Shown here: piece after piece, positions 1-11,738 of the stretch
How positions within the stretch are numbered: position 1 is the first letter of the stretch
How the letters are laid out: every line of letters starts with the position of its first letter
DNA from: Prorocentrum cordatum
Taxonomy: Eukaryota
Direction: 5' to 3'
Length of the DNA stretch: 64,000 nucleotides
NCBI GenBank assembly: GCA_963575745.1
Contig: CAUYUJ010000081.1
Span: forward strand, 1-64,000
The notes under the pieces: generated by a model
Told to the model about the DNA's origin: nothing
Databases searched by the model: none
What the model saw: only the letters and a program-made list of their open reading frames with translations
Made by a program: the position numbers and the translations under genes

Positions 1-198
1 CGTCCTCCTCCTCCCCCTCCTTCACACCCTCGTTTTCCTCCTCCTCCTCCTCCTCCTACTCCTACTCCTCCTCCTCCTCCTCTTCTTCCTCCTCCTTCTC
101 CTTCTCCCCCTCCTCACCTCCTACACAGCTCCTCATCCCTCCTCTTCCTCCTTCTCCTCCTCCTCCTCCTGCTGCTGCTCCTGCTGCTGCTGCTCCTC
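1..198. repeat. (CCT)n/(GCT)n microsatellite
   Basis: Directly visible trinucleotide tract. Confidence 0.95.
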
Positions 199-202
199 TA
201 TG

Positions 203-414
203 ATGGGGGGCAACGATACGGGGGGACTGGCATAGGGGGGGGTGCATCGACCTGGAATCGGCGATACATCGCCGAAAAAATCGGCGATAGGTCCCCGATA
301 GTGAATCCGCACCTTCCTGGCCGGGGTGGGACTATCATATCCCCATCGGCGATCAATGGGCGATTAGGGATCGATGCATCCCCCATTTTCCTATCCCCCT
401 ATCGTTGCCCCTGA
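203..414. mobile_element. MITE-like palindromic element, family A (~210 bp)
   Basis: Left end GGGGCAACGATACGGGG..TGCATCGA is inverted-complementary to right end TCGATGCA..CCCCTATCGTTGCCCC. Related copies at ~1965-2143, 34550-34680 (inverted), 34870-35063, 37160-37290 (inverted), 49790-49995 and 53270-53484. Confidence 0.75.
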
Positions 415-1089
415 TGTGGGGAACTGCACACGTTCACGCCTGTAGCCGGTTTACCGGCGTTAGCGTTACGTGGGGGGGGGGGGGCGAGGGGGGGTGGTAA
501 CATGCGTTACGTCCGGAAGTAATAAAAGAACAATCACGTGTTGAGAGAAGTGGAGGGGGCAATACAGTCTGGGCAATCCCATGGCCCCGTCCATGATAGC
601 CAAACGCCTCGGCTACATCCATGAGTGACCCTGGGTCGGAGTGCCCTTCAGTGCGCGGTTGAGCGGGGCGCAGAGAGGGAAGATGGGATGCATGCACAAG
701 CGCGCAAGCCGATGCTGTCGCATCGCATTCGGCTGTCGTGGGGTCTGCACCAAAGGTCAATCCAGCAAGTGGTTGCTCTGACGTGTCGTCGAACCCCCGG
801 GGTAGTCCTCCCCCCCTCTTCGACGACCCCGACGCTCCTCGGAGATGCTTCAAGTCTTTTCGATGATTCACCGGCTGGGTGGGGGAGGAGGCTGGGGCCC
901 TGGGCAGTGGTAATGCCTGGGCGGGGCGGGGCACGATGGGGCGGAGGTGCGCTGCGATCGACATGGTATGCGAGCGAGAACCAGCATGTTGGGGGGGGTC
1001 CAAGCCCCCCCCCTGTACTGTACGATAGTGACCGTTACCCGGGGGGGGGAGGGGTTTGGCCAGGGCACGGCAGGTTCGGGCCGTGCCGA

Positions 1090-1760
1090 CTTCGGCGTTG
1101 GATCCTGACACCGCGGAGATCGCTCAACCTGGAACGAACGGCCGTTTCCGAAAAAGCAGATCGTTCAACATCAACCGATTCTGGGTCGCCGGTGGTGATC
1201 AAACGCTGAACGCTGGCGGCGGGGTCGCCGCCGATCGACACGACGCGAACCAACCGACGTTAAAAAACAGTCTCTCGGTCCTCCTCGATCGAACCCCTTC
1301 GATGCTCCAGGAGCCCCTTCCCTCGCGTCGACCGCGCTGTTCGCCCCGCCGGCGGAGGCAAGTGGCCCTGCTGGCCCCCAGCTCCCCGACGCCGTGGCTC
1401 TTGCACAATCCAGACCTGCGGGGCAACGATCACATTGTTTGCGAAATAAGCGCCAGCGCCGTGATTCGACAATCAAATATCGAAACGCGCCCCCTCGCCC
1501 CCGAATTTCAAGATTGATGGGGAAGCGGCGGGCCCTTCGCAAAAGCGGGCGGTTACTTCGCAACACAGCGTGCTCCCATCTGGCGCGGCGCGGTCGTCCG
1601 CCAACTTTGACATGCGGGTGTCGGAACGCCCGTTCGGTACTTTTTCTGGCGGGCGTGTATTTCGCAACTGGCGGTAGGTGGGGACGAGCACATGTCAAAG
1701 TCATTTCAAAGGAACGTCCCTCCCTCCATCTGAGCACGGAATATTGGCATGATACTGCTA
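1090..1760 (-). pseudogene. Possible degenerate tyrosine-recombinase (DIRS/Crypton-like) fragment
   Basis: Minus-strand pieces such as 'TAVRSRLSDLRGVRI' resemble the catalytic-Arg box (LRxSD) of tyrosine recombinases. Frameshifted and weak. Confidence 0.25.
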
Positions 1761-2149
1761 CCAAGCCGCTAGGAATACAGCAAGGATAGCGCACACGGAC
1801 AAAACTCAGCTATGTTTGAATACGCGTGAAAGTCGCCAGCTCCCCAACTAGTGGGAAAAAGGCGCTCCTCAACGCAAGAGCTGGCCAGGGGTGACGAGGA
1901 GGAGGAGGAGGCGGAGGAGGAGGAGGAGGAAGTGGAAGAGGAGGAGGGGGGGAGACTGACTCCGGGGGGAAACGTCGACCTGGAATGGGAGATGCGTCGC
2001 CGATAGATCGGCGATAGGCCCGAGGTGGCGAGTCCGCACGGTACTGGGCGGGGTGGGCTATCGGGCCCCTGTCGGCAATGGATGGCCGATTGGGGGTCGG
2101 TGCGCCATCCCATGAGCCCTATACCCCCCTGACGTTGCCCCTGAAGACC

Positions 2150-2285
2150 GCCAACACATTGAGCAAGCGTAATGCGCGATGTGTTCGCCGTCTTCGGCCT
2201 GGCCAGGGCCCTCGCGGGGCCCCTGGACCGCTGGCAGAACGGTGCGGGACGGAAGGCCGACCCTGCTAGGGAAAGGGACCCTCCC
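2150..2285. repeat. Dispersed repeat, family C (second copy at ~6320-6450)
   Basis: Both copies share AATGCGCGATGTG..GGGCCCTCGCGGGGCCCCTGGACC.CTGGCAGAACGGT. Confidence 0.85.
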
Positions 2286-2851
2286 TTCCCCCCTCGAGAC
2301 GGATCAATACATTGGATCTCGCCACCCTGTGCTCGCTTGAAAAGGCCTCTCAGCCACCGCCCTGTTTACCGACGCCCCGTTTGCAGGGCTTGGTCTTGGG
2401 GCTCGAGGGCTGAGGTTTTTGGACGCTGCCCCCTCGGGAGCGCTCTCGTCGCCACTGCTGGGCCCCCCTTCGACACTCGTCGGAGGAGCGCATCTCAAGA
2501 CAGGCCCTGGGCCCGAGGTTTGGCGGAACCCACAAGCCCCCCCCCTCGCGCCTGGATCGGCGGGCCCCTAGGTGGCGACATCCGAGCCTTCCCCCGCCAA
2601 CCATCGACCGTCCCGAATCGATCCGACTGCGCTTCGTGCTCGCCGCACTCCGAACCCCCGCCGCCCCTCGAGTTGCCAGGACCGTGGCTTGGCGAGGGCA
2701 GGGCTCGGACTCCGCCGCCGAGACCTCCTCCCGCGGCGGCGCGGGAGGAGGGAGGAGGGAGGAGGGAGGAGGGAGGATGGAAGGGGAGAGGGAGAGGCAG
2801 CTGCCGCCGTGTTCGCGCCCTGCGGCGCATCGCTGCGCCGGCCGCCAGGGA

Positions 2852-2860
2852 AAATAATAG

Positions 2861-2902
<42 letters not shown>

Positions 2903-3021
2903 AAAAAATAAAAATAAAGAAAAAAAAAAAAGAAAAAAAGAAAAAAAATAAAGTAGAAACAAAGCAATAAAAAAAAAAAAAAAAAAAAATAAAAAAAAAT
3001 AAAAAAAAAAAAGAAAAAAAA
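2852..3021 (+). repeat. ~170-bp A-rich tract
   Basis: Nearly pure A with scattered G/T, inside GC-rich flanks. Confidence 0.95.
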
Positions 3022-3265
3022 GCTCCGCCGGGGCGCGCGTCCTCCGTGGCCGACGGAGCCGCGGCCGCGCCGGCAAGCCGGCTGGCCGCCCGCCGAGCGC
3101 CATCCGCCCGCATCGCTCGTCGACACTGCCGACCCACACTCGTCCCGCCAGCCGCCCAAACACAACCAAGTTTTGTATGCTTTTTACCTAACAGCAGTAG
3201 ACTGATAGGTTTCTAAGGTCCTAATGAAGCACATCATGACGCCGCAGGGGTGTCGGGCGGGACCC

Positions 3266-3391
3266 GGGGCGGCTGCCGTCGAAGCCCAACTCGCCTGGGA
3301 CATCCTCGCAAAATCGCTCTTGGCGCTGGGGCGGCTGCCGTCGAAGCCCAAATCGCCTGGGACATCCTCGCAAAATCGCTCTTGGCGCTGC
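3266..3391. repeat. Two tandem copies of a ~62-bp unit
   Basis: GGGGCGGCTGCCGTCGAAGCCCAA..GCTCTTGGCGCTG occurs twice in tandem. Confidence 0.9.
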
Positions 3392-3392
3392 T

Positions 3393-3860
3393 AGAACTCC
3401 ATTCCCGGCGTACATTTTGGATGCCCGGAGCCAACTGTAGGCCACTTCGTGGTCTTCGAGTTCCCAGAACACCATTCCCGGGCCAGATTTTGGATGCCCG
3501 GAGCCAACTGTAGGCCACTTCGTGGTCTTCGAGTTCCCAGAACTCCATTCCTGGGCATGATTTTGAATGCCCGGAGCCAACTGTAGGCCACTTCGTGGTC
3601 TTCGAGTTCCCAGAACTCCATTCCTGGGCATGATTTTGAATGCCCCGAGCCAACTGTAGGCCACTTCGTGGTCTTCGAGTTCCCAGAACTCCATTCACGG
3701 GCCACATTTTGAATGCCCGGAGCCAACTGTAGGCCGCTTCGTGGTCTTCGAGTTCCCAGAACTCCATTCCTGGGCATGATTTTGAATGCCCGGAGCCAAC
3801 TGTAGGCCACTTCGTGTTCTTCGAGTTCCCAGAACTCCATTCCCAGACCACACTTTGAAT
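3393..3860. repeat. 73-bp minisatellite, ~6.4 copies
   Basis: AGAAC(T/A)CCATTC recurs at 3393, 3466, 3539, 3612, 3685, 3758 and 3831. Confidence 0.95.
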
Positions 3861-5358
3861 GCTGAGGCAGGCTGATGCTGAGGCTGAGGCAGGCTGAGGC
3901 TGAAGGCAGACTGAGGCTGAGGCCGAGGCTGAAGGCAGACTGAGGCTGAGGCTGAAGCAGGCTGAGGCTGAGGCTGAGGCAGGCTGAGGCTGAGGCTGAG
4001 GCAGGCTGATGCTCAGGCAGGCTGAGGCTGAGGCTGAGGCTGATGCAGGCTGAGGCTGAGGCACGCTGAGGAGGCCGAGGCTGAAGGCAGGTAGGCTGAT
4101 GCTGAGGCAGGCTGAGGCTGAGGCTGAGGCTGATGCAGGCTGAGGCTGAGGCAGGCTGAGGCTGAGGCCAAGGCTGAAGGCAGACTGAGGCTGAGGCTGA
4201 AGCAGGCTGAGGCTGAGGCTGAGGCAGGCTGAGGCTGATGCAGGCTGATGCTGAGGCAGGCTGAGGCTGAGGCTGAGGCTGATGCAGGCTGAGGCTGAGG
4301 CAGCCTGAGGCTGAGGCTGAGGCTGAAGGCAGACTGAGGCTGAGGCTGAAGCAGGCTGAGGCTGAGGCTGAGGCAGGCTGAGGCTGAGGCTGATGCAGGC
4401 TGATGCTGAGGCAGGCTGAGGCTGAGGCTGAGGCTGATGCAGGCTGAGGCTGAGGCAGCCTGAGGCTGAGACCGAGGCTGAAGGCAGACTGAGGCTGAGG
4501 CTGAAGCAGGCTGAGGCTGAGGCTGAGGCAGGCTGAGGCTGAGGCAGGCTGATGCTGAGGCAGGCTGAGGCTGAGGCTGAGGCTCATGCAGGCCGAGGCT
4601 GAGGCAGGCGAAGGCTGAGGCCGAGGCTGAAGGCAGACTGATGCTGAGGCTGAAGCAGGCTGAGGCTGAGGCTGAGGCAGGCTGAGGCTGAGGCTGATGC
4701 AGGCTGATGCTGAGGCAGGCTGAGGCTGAGGCTGAGGCTGATGCAGGCTGAGGCTGCGGCAGCCTGAGGCTGAGGCCGAGGCTGAAGGCAGACTGAGGCT
4801 GAGGCTGAAGCAGGCTGAGGCTGAGGCTGAGGCAGGGTGAGGCTGAGGCTGAGGCAGGCTGATGCTGAGGCAGGCTGAGGCTGAGGCTGAGGCTGATGCA
4901 GGCTGAGGCTGAGGCAGGCTGAGGCCGAGGCTGAAGGCAGACTGAGGCTGAGGCTGAAGCAGGCTGAGGCTGAGGCTGAGGCAGGCTGAGGCTGAGGCTG
5001 AGGCAGGCTGATGCTGAGGCAGGCTGAGGCTGAGGCTGAGGCTGATGCAGGCTGAGGCTGAGGAAGGCTGAGGCTGAGGCCGAGGCTGAAGGCAGACTGA
5101 GGCTGAGGCTGAAGCAGGCTGAGGCTGAGGCTGAGGCTGGCTGAGGATGAGGCTGAGGCAGGCTGATGCTGAGGCAGGCTGAGGCTGAGGCTGAGGCTGA
5201 TGCAGGCTGAGGCTGAGGCAGGCTGAGGCAGGCTGAGGCTGAGGCCGAGGCTGAAGGCAGACTGATGTTGAGGCTGAAGCAGGCTGAGGCTGAGGCTGAG
5301 GCAGGCTGAGGCTGAGGCAGGCTGAGGCTGAGGCTGAGGCAGGCTGAGGCTGAGGCTG
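3861..5358. repeat. (GCTGAG)n-based compound satellite with GCAG/GATGC/GAAGGCAGAC variants
   Basis: Directly visible. The SASASA/QPQPQP ORFs over it are artefacts. Confidence 0.97.
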
Positions 5359-6954
5359 TGACTGCGACTGCTGTTGCCACTGCGACTGCCATCGCGAATG
5401 CGACTACGACTGCGAGAACAGCAGAATTCTACAACAGGATTCTCATCTGAATCTTAAGGGGAATGCTTCCAAATATGCTCCTACACATCGCTGTTAGGTT
5501 GCTTTGCCGGGATAATCGCGGCAGCGCCCGTGACCGGCCCCTCCCCCCCCGTTCAAGTTGCGCTTCTTGGGCAAGCCAAGCGGCGCCGGTGCGACTCATG
5601 ACACGAATGGCCCCCTTCGGGGATCTTCCGACCCGGGTGAATCCAGACCTGGGTCAGTCAGGCCTTGCAGGATCCTGCAAGGATCCTGCAAAACATCCTG
5701 CACCCAAACCCGGGTCAATGCGAGCCAGGCCCTGCAGGATCCTTCAAGATCGTGCGCTCTGGCTGACACCCGTTTGGATTGACCCCCTCCCCCCCCCCGC
5801 TTCGGGGATGGACAAAACCCCCTTCAGTAAAACGTGGTTCAGTGAAAGCGGCCTCGGGCCCAAACCTGGCGGGCGCGAGCCTGGAAAATGACGGCCGCGG
5901 CGCCCCCTCGAGAACCGAACACGCGCAATTCACTAATCGACGCGCCAGGGTGGGGGTTTTGTCTAACCCCGACCGTCACGCCCGTGATCGCCGGGGGAGA
6001 AAACAAGGGTCTCCATCCGACGACGCGCTGCCCTCCAGCGCGCGGCCCAAGCGGCCCCGACTTCCCCGGGGGCTTCTCTCCTCGTCCCGCATTCCACTTC
6101 TCTGCGGGCCCCGGCCAGGGGCACGACGGCGGGCCCGAGGCGCCGAGCAGGAGGGAGCCTGTCCTGGCTGCAAAACAAAAAAAAGCCTGCCGTCGGAGGA
6201 GGGGCAACGACAGAGGGGACGGTAGGAGGAGGAGGAGGAGGGGGAGGGGGAGGAGGAGGAGGAGGAGGGGCAGGCCTGGCCCCAACGTTGCGACCGGCGA
6301 TGGCGAGAGACTGCCAAGCGCGTTGAGCAAGCCCCTGACAAATGCGCGATGTGCTCGCGGCCTTCAGCCTGGCCGGGGCCCTCGCGGGGCCCCTGGACCA
6401 CTGGCAGAACGGTCCGGGACCGAAAGCCAGCCCTGCTGGGGGAACAGGTCGCCGCGGGTCGCGCCCCTGAATCAGGGGCGCGCAAACATGGATTAACGAT
6501 CCATGGGTTTGGCGCGCGGTCGCCAAATCCATGGATCGGGGGAGGTGCCCTCCCCAAAGTGCGGCCGGTGCCGCCTCGTTCGGACCCGTCGCGAATGCAC
6601 GCCCCCTTGATCCGTGTTTGCGACCGCCTGACTGAAGGTCTGGGTCGCCGCGGGTGGCGCCCCCGTTCGTCCCGCCTGCGGCGCCGCGGCCGCGGCGGGC
6701 TGCGCTGCGGCGGCGGGGCGGGGCTCGCCGCGGGCGGCCGCGGCGGCCCGGCGCTCCTGCGGCGCGCAGGGTCGTCGCCGCCGTCGTGCGGGCCTCCGTG
6801 GGGCAGTCGCAGCCGCCGCCGAGCGGGCGCTGCCGCTGGTCGGGCGCCCTGCAGCCGCTCGCCGTCGCCCCTGGTTGCCACTCGTCCCCGCCGTCGCCAC
6901 TCGTCGCCCCCGCCGCCGTAGCCGCTGCCACTGTCGTCGTCGTCATCGTCGGCA

Positions 6955-7003
<49 letters not shown>

Positions 7004-9530
7004 TGGTTCGCCTCGCGGATCGGCGACGCTGGCAATGACGAACTAATTACGTGAGGACCCGATCGTCGTGTCCGCCGCTCCGCATTGCGATGGGGAGGAG
7101 GATTGGAGAATGCCAAGCCTCAAGAGGCTCCGACTATCCCCCAAGAAGCCTACAAGGTGAAGGATCATTGGAGAACGAGGCAAGACTGCGGACAACACAG
7201 GAGGGTGTTGAAGACTCAGCCAGGGTGCTGGACTGGAACGTGTCTTAAGCTCAGCCTCCTTCCTGCCGTGCTGCTGCGCCTACGCGGTCGCGGGGGGTTC
7301 GCTGCATGCAGCTGGGCACACGAAGGGTCCGCGCAGACTCAGGAGCTCAAGAGGGATAGGGACAACCCAAGCTCACCCCTGCTGAGCCAAGGAACGCCAC
7401 GGAAACCGATCGAAGGCTGGCGAGCGCCCTGGAGCGCCAGTGAGTCACAAGGGAGCCGGCGGCCCCCACTGCTAAGGCTCTTGCGGGCTTGTCACGGGGA
7501 ATTGATGGTGTAGAGATCCTCTCAGTTCTCTTGACCAGTGAGCCGCAATTTCTGAGCAATTACTTTGTTGGACCCCCTCTCGCCACCCTGGCATTCTCGC
7601 CTCGGCGCTGGCTAGATTCTCTTCGAAAGCGAAGCTCGCGCTAGAGCATCTAGGGCTTCCACAATACGCGCGTCGTGCAGGCAGACCCCAGGTGGGCAGG
7701 CCGGGCGGGCGAGACGCTGAAGCGAGCGGGCGTGCTTCCAGGCAAGCGAACGGGCGGGCACTGACGGGCGGACACTAACGTTAGGTCGGGCATCTACAGG
7801 CGGATCTTTGGACGGAAAAAATAGTTCGCCGACCCCTTGGGGATCATCGGCGTGTGAGATGCTTCCCCCTCCCCAAACCCCTCGCCCCGGAGCCCAGTCC
7901 GGTCGATTTGGAGGGGGGGGGGGGGGCGTCCGGCTGGAGCTCACCAGGCCGGGGGGTCCGGCCCTTCCTGGGCTCCTTTTGGGGGTCCACGGCAGCTCCT
8001 GGGGCCACCCAAAAGGCCCCCAAGACGGTCCAAAAGGGTCGCCGCTCCCCCCCTTTCCTCGGGCCTCCGTCCTCAAGCACGCCAACCAAACCGAAATGCA
8101 CCAGTCCATCCGCAGCGAAACTTAGCAACGTTGTCATTGAGTCGAAGAGAATCCCCTTCCCCTTGATCCCCCCCCGGCGGAGAGGGAGGGGAGGTGTGGG
8201 TGGGGGCGGAGGGGTCCCAAGGGGGGTCGGGGGGGGCCCTGGGGGGTGGTCCCAGGTCAGAACGCCACCCTCCCAGTCCGCCCTTTCCGTCCCATTTCCG
8301 CCGGGGGCCGAGGCCCCCAGGGTCGGCGGCACCGGCCGTGAGGCCCTAGCAATGATAAGAAGAAGAGCCCTACAGCGGCGGGGAACGCCTGCGAGGGTGA
8401 GCTGACCAGCAACGACTGATTTGCGGATCGGCATATCGGCCCATGGCAGCGTTCTTGTGACAGCACGTTGCAATGGCGGCTACGGGGCGGCAGTGTCTAC
8501 GACGCCGATGGTGTCGATGACAATGATGATGTTTCACCTCAGTGCTTCGCGCGCGCGCGCCTGGAGGCTTCGCCTCCCGCGCGTCCCGCGCCCGCTCCTT
8601 CTGCGCGCGGCATAGGCACCTCAAGCGCTCCGCCCTGCTCGCATGGGCCCGCGGAGCGGCGCGGTGCAAGCGGCGCAGGGGAACTGGGCGGGGCTCCGGC
8701 CTCGTCCGCAGAGCGTCGTCCACGCGTGCCTTTACGTCGAGCCGGGCCACCTCGCGTGGGCGCTGATCATCCAAGCGAAGAGATGCGCGCGCAGCTCCCC
8801 TGGCCGTTCGAATCTGAAGTAGGACCGACGCAATCGGGAAACCGCGCATCGTGGCCATCTGCAGCGCGCCGCGCGCGCGTTCCAATCGCTGCCCGCCGCT
8901 TGTCCAAGTGCTCCTCAGACGTGCGCGCAAGCTGGATGGAGGTCCCGCGTGCGCACGCCCACCTCGATAGCGTGGTCGGCGCTTGTGATGTCGTGAACGC
9001 CGCCCGCGTTAACCTGGCAGTCGCGCGCTCCAGCGTCAAGAGCGCCTTCCGCCAGCGGCGCAGCTGACGCAGTCCTGCTTCTCGAGGGCGCCGCGGAATT
9101 GCGCGGGCAGCGATTCTGCAGGCCGCTATGATCGCCTGGCGGACATGAGTGGCGGTCGCCACTTTGCCCCCGCGCATCTTGCACCAGCGAGCCGATCTCC
9201 CTGTCGAGGCTGCCGAGAGTCTCCAGGCGCCCCCCTGCCTGCCCGCTCGCGGCGCCGCCCCGTGCCAGACCGCCGTGGGCCTCGGCCTTCTGGGCGGCGT
9301 CCCTCGCTGCGTTCGCAGACGGGAAACTGCCGTCGCTATTATGCGCCTTCGCCGCGACGCCCGTCAGGGCCACGCCCGCCAGGCAGCCGGCGCGCGTCGC
9401 CCCGCGCTGGAGCGGCGGCGGGCGGGGGCGCGAGGAACCGGCCGCCGCGCGGCATCGCGAGGAGCGGGCGGCCGCCGCGGCCCCGCGCAGGCCGGCGCCG
9501 TCGCTCGGCGCGGCATGCGCGAGAGCTCCG

Positions 9531-9551
9531 CTTGAGCCGAAACTGCCGCGG
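9531..9551 (-). other. Relict dinoflagellate spliced leader (DinoSL)-like sequence
   Basis: Minus strand CCGCGGCAGTTTCGGCTCAAG versus CCGTAGCCATTTTGGCTCAAG: 16/21 identity with the 3' GGCTCAAG intact. Confidence 0.5.
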
Positions 9552-10299
9552 CCCCGGTCGCGCCCCCGCTCTGCCCGCCGCAACTGCGCCGCGCGCCCCC
9601 GGGCTGCGCCGTCGCGGCAACGGCGCTCCACCAGGCCGCCACGCGCTGCGTTTTTGCCGCGGGTGGCGCGCGCCGCAGTTGCCGAATAGACGTTGCCACC
9701 TCCACGAGAACAGATTCCCCTTTTTAATTTTCCGCGACAGTATGACTAATGCGGGTCCGCAAAAACATGATGGAACGCCCCTGGGCGCCGTAGTTGTCGT
9801 GGTTCTACGCTCCGCACGGCGCGCGCGATGCGCGAACTGCGCGCGCGACGTTCCCCCGCGGGCGCGCCGCGGTGCCAGGGGGGGGCGACAGCTCTTCCTG
9901 CCCCCGAGCCGCTCAAGACCCGGCAGGTCCACGAAGCAGCGCGCAGCGCAGGAACACTGAGAGATGGAAGAAAACGCATAGGCAACTGCTATTGTCTGAG
10001 AGCGGCACCCATGGCGGTGCTGATCATGATGCTGATGATGCCAGCCCCAGTGATGACTTCTGGCTGGGCGCCAGACGCCGTCGCGCCGCTTGCAGGAGGT
10101 CCGCCTCCGGGCGGTCGAATTCAGCTTGCCCCAGCGCGCCGCAGTCCAGCGAGTCGAATCCTTCGCTGGTTTCGAGTGGATCCCCTTGTCTGCTGCAAGC
10201 TGCGCCCTCTTTGCGGCGGGCTCCTCGGCCGAGGGGGCGACGGCGGCGCTGGCGCCGGGGCCGGGGGCCAGTCGCGCGGGGGGCGGCGCCCGCGCGCCG

Positions 10300-11701
10300 C
10301 CGGCCGGGAGTCTGCCTGCTGGGCGGCCCAGGAGGCCCTTGCCCTCCAGGCACACGCGGGCAGAGCAGTGGAGGCACGCCCGCTTGACCCGCCTAGAGGC
10401 ACTCCAGCGGGAACTCGACCGCGAGCCAGGGGTACGCGTTGCGCTCTCGCATCCGGTTCGTCTCACCCGTGGCCTCCTTGTTGTGCCTCTTCAGCATCAC
10501 CTCGGTGATGCTGATGCTCATCACGAAGACCTGGGCGTCTTCTTCGAACGCCGCGTTCCCGTCGCGCTGCCTCGGCGCCGCCATTTGGCGTCGCGACTTT
10601 CACTGTCGCCCTCGAGCAAGTCTTTCAAGAATGCCCATGGCATCTACTCTTGCGCTTTCGAGCAGAATTCAAATATCGTTGAGACAGACTTCCTCGGCGG
10701 CGAGCATGTCCTCCAGCTTGTAGGAGCCGCTGTCCGAACGCTCTCGCACCTCGAGGGGGCCTCGCAAGCCCTTCAAGAGAAATTCCTTGCCACCGCCCGG
10801 CGGGCCCAACAAGCAAACGCTTCTCTGCTTGGCGCGGCGTGTCCTCAAGGCACTCAACACTTCCCACTGGGAAGTGCCGTTGGGTCTGTTGACCGCGAAT
10901 ACATACTTATTTTATCAGGCCGTAGAAACGGCGTGCTGAAAGGACGCGAGCAAGTCTTCTGCGAGACGAGCTCCTCCAATATCTGCTCGCGACTCAGGCT
11001 TGCACGCGGCAGTTTCTCTCTAGACGTCGTGGCCTGGAGTACCCTCCCAAAAAAACATCTGGGACTCGATATCCATGAGGTACGACACAAACCCTCTGTC
11101 GAGTGCTTCGTCGAGCCCGGTGGCCTTCGCCCAAACTGATCGTTAGTGCGTATGCCGAAGTAGACGCAAGCGTCGTGGGCGGCTGGGGGGGTTCTCCAAA
11201 CCTGCCGGTCGAAACCGTCGCCCTGCATCTGGCGAAGCACCGCCTGCGCCACTGGCGTTGGCGTTCCGGCGTTGTGCCATTGCTCGCGCTCCTGGTCCGA
11301 GCCATTACCGGCTTGTGTTCCAGAGGCACCGTGCCGTAGATCGCCCCTTCCTGCCACGTCTTGATGTTCCGCCCGAACCCGACGTGGATCTTTGATGCTG
11401 CAGGAGCCTCTTAGCCACATCCAACCACCTGTATTGCTGGGAGCACCGCGCTAGGAGGTTCATGTGTGGGCGCCCGTCGGCGTCAGGCTCTTGGAAGCAA
11501 ATCGTCTCGACGACATCCAAGCCGCACTGGACATGTGCAGCCGCGCAAGCCTGTCTAAAGATAGCCCGTGTGAAGTCCAACGGCGTCTTGATCCATTGCC
11601 GCGCCACCGTGGCCTCTGCTAGGAAAGCAAAGCTAGTACGCGTACTGACCATGGTTGCCCTGCCCGCGCTGCGGGGGGCCGTCCAAGGCAAGGGCAGCCA
11701 T
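10300..11701 (-). pseudogene. rep: Degenerate rolling-circle Rep (HUH endonuclease + SF3 helicase), CRESS-virus-like endogenous element or transposon
   Basis: Motifs occur in the expected order across frameshifts: MAALALD..GQYAY*LCFP (motif I-like); ETICFQEPDADGRPHMNLLAR (motif II, ~11458-11490); GAIYGTVPLEHKP (motif III Tyr, 11336-11338); VCLLGPPGGGKEFLLK (Walker A, 10786-10806); EEVCLND (Walker B); WAFLKDLLEG; QVFVMS (motif C-like); RMRER (Arg finger-like); CLHC. Confidence 0.8.
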
Positions 11702-11715
11702 AGTCTGGCAGCCAA

Positions 11716-11738
11716 CTTGAGCCGACGTGGCTTGCGGA
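11716..11738 (-). other. Relict DinoSL directly upstream of the Rep ATG
   Basis: TCCGCAAGCCACGTCGGCTCAAG versus TCCGTAGCCATTTTGGCTCAAG (18/22 plus one insertion). It ends 14 nt before the ATG at 11701. Confidence 0.6.

Noticed and set aside
2852..3021. Poly(A) tail of a retrocopy
   Set aside because: No TSD or recognisable upstream element found; kept as a simple repeat.
3234..5392. ORFs of 276-459 aa with SASASA/QPQPQP repeats
   Set aside because: Translations of tandem repeats.
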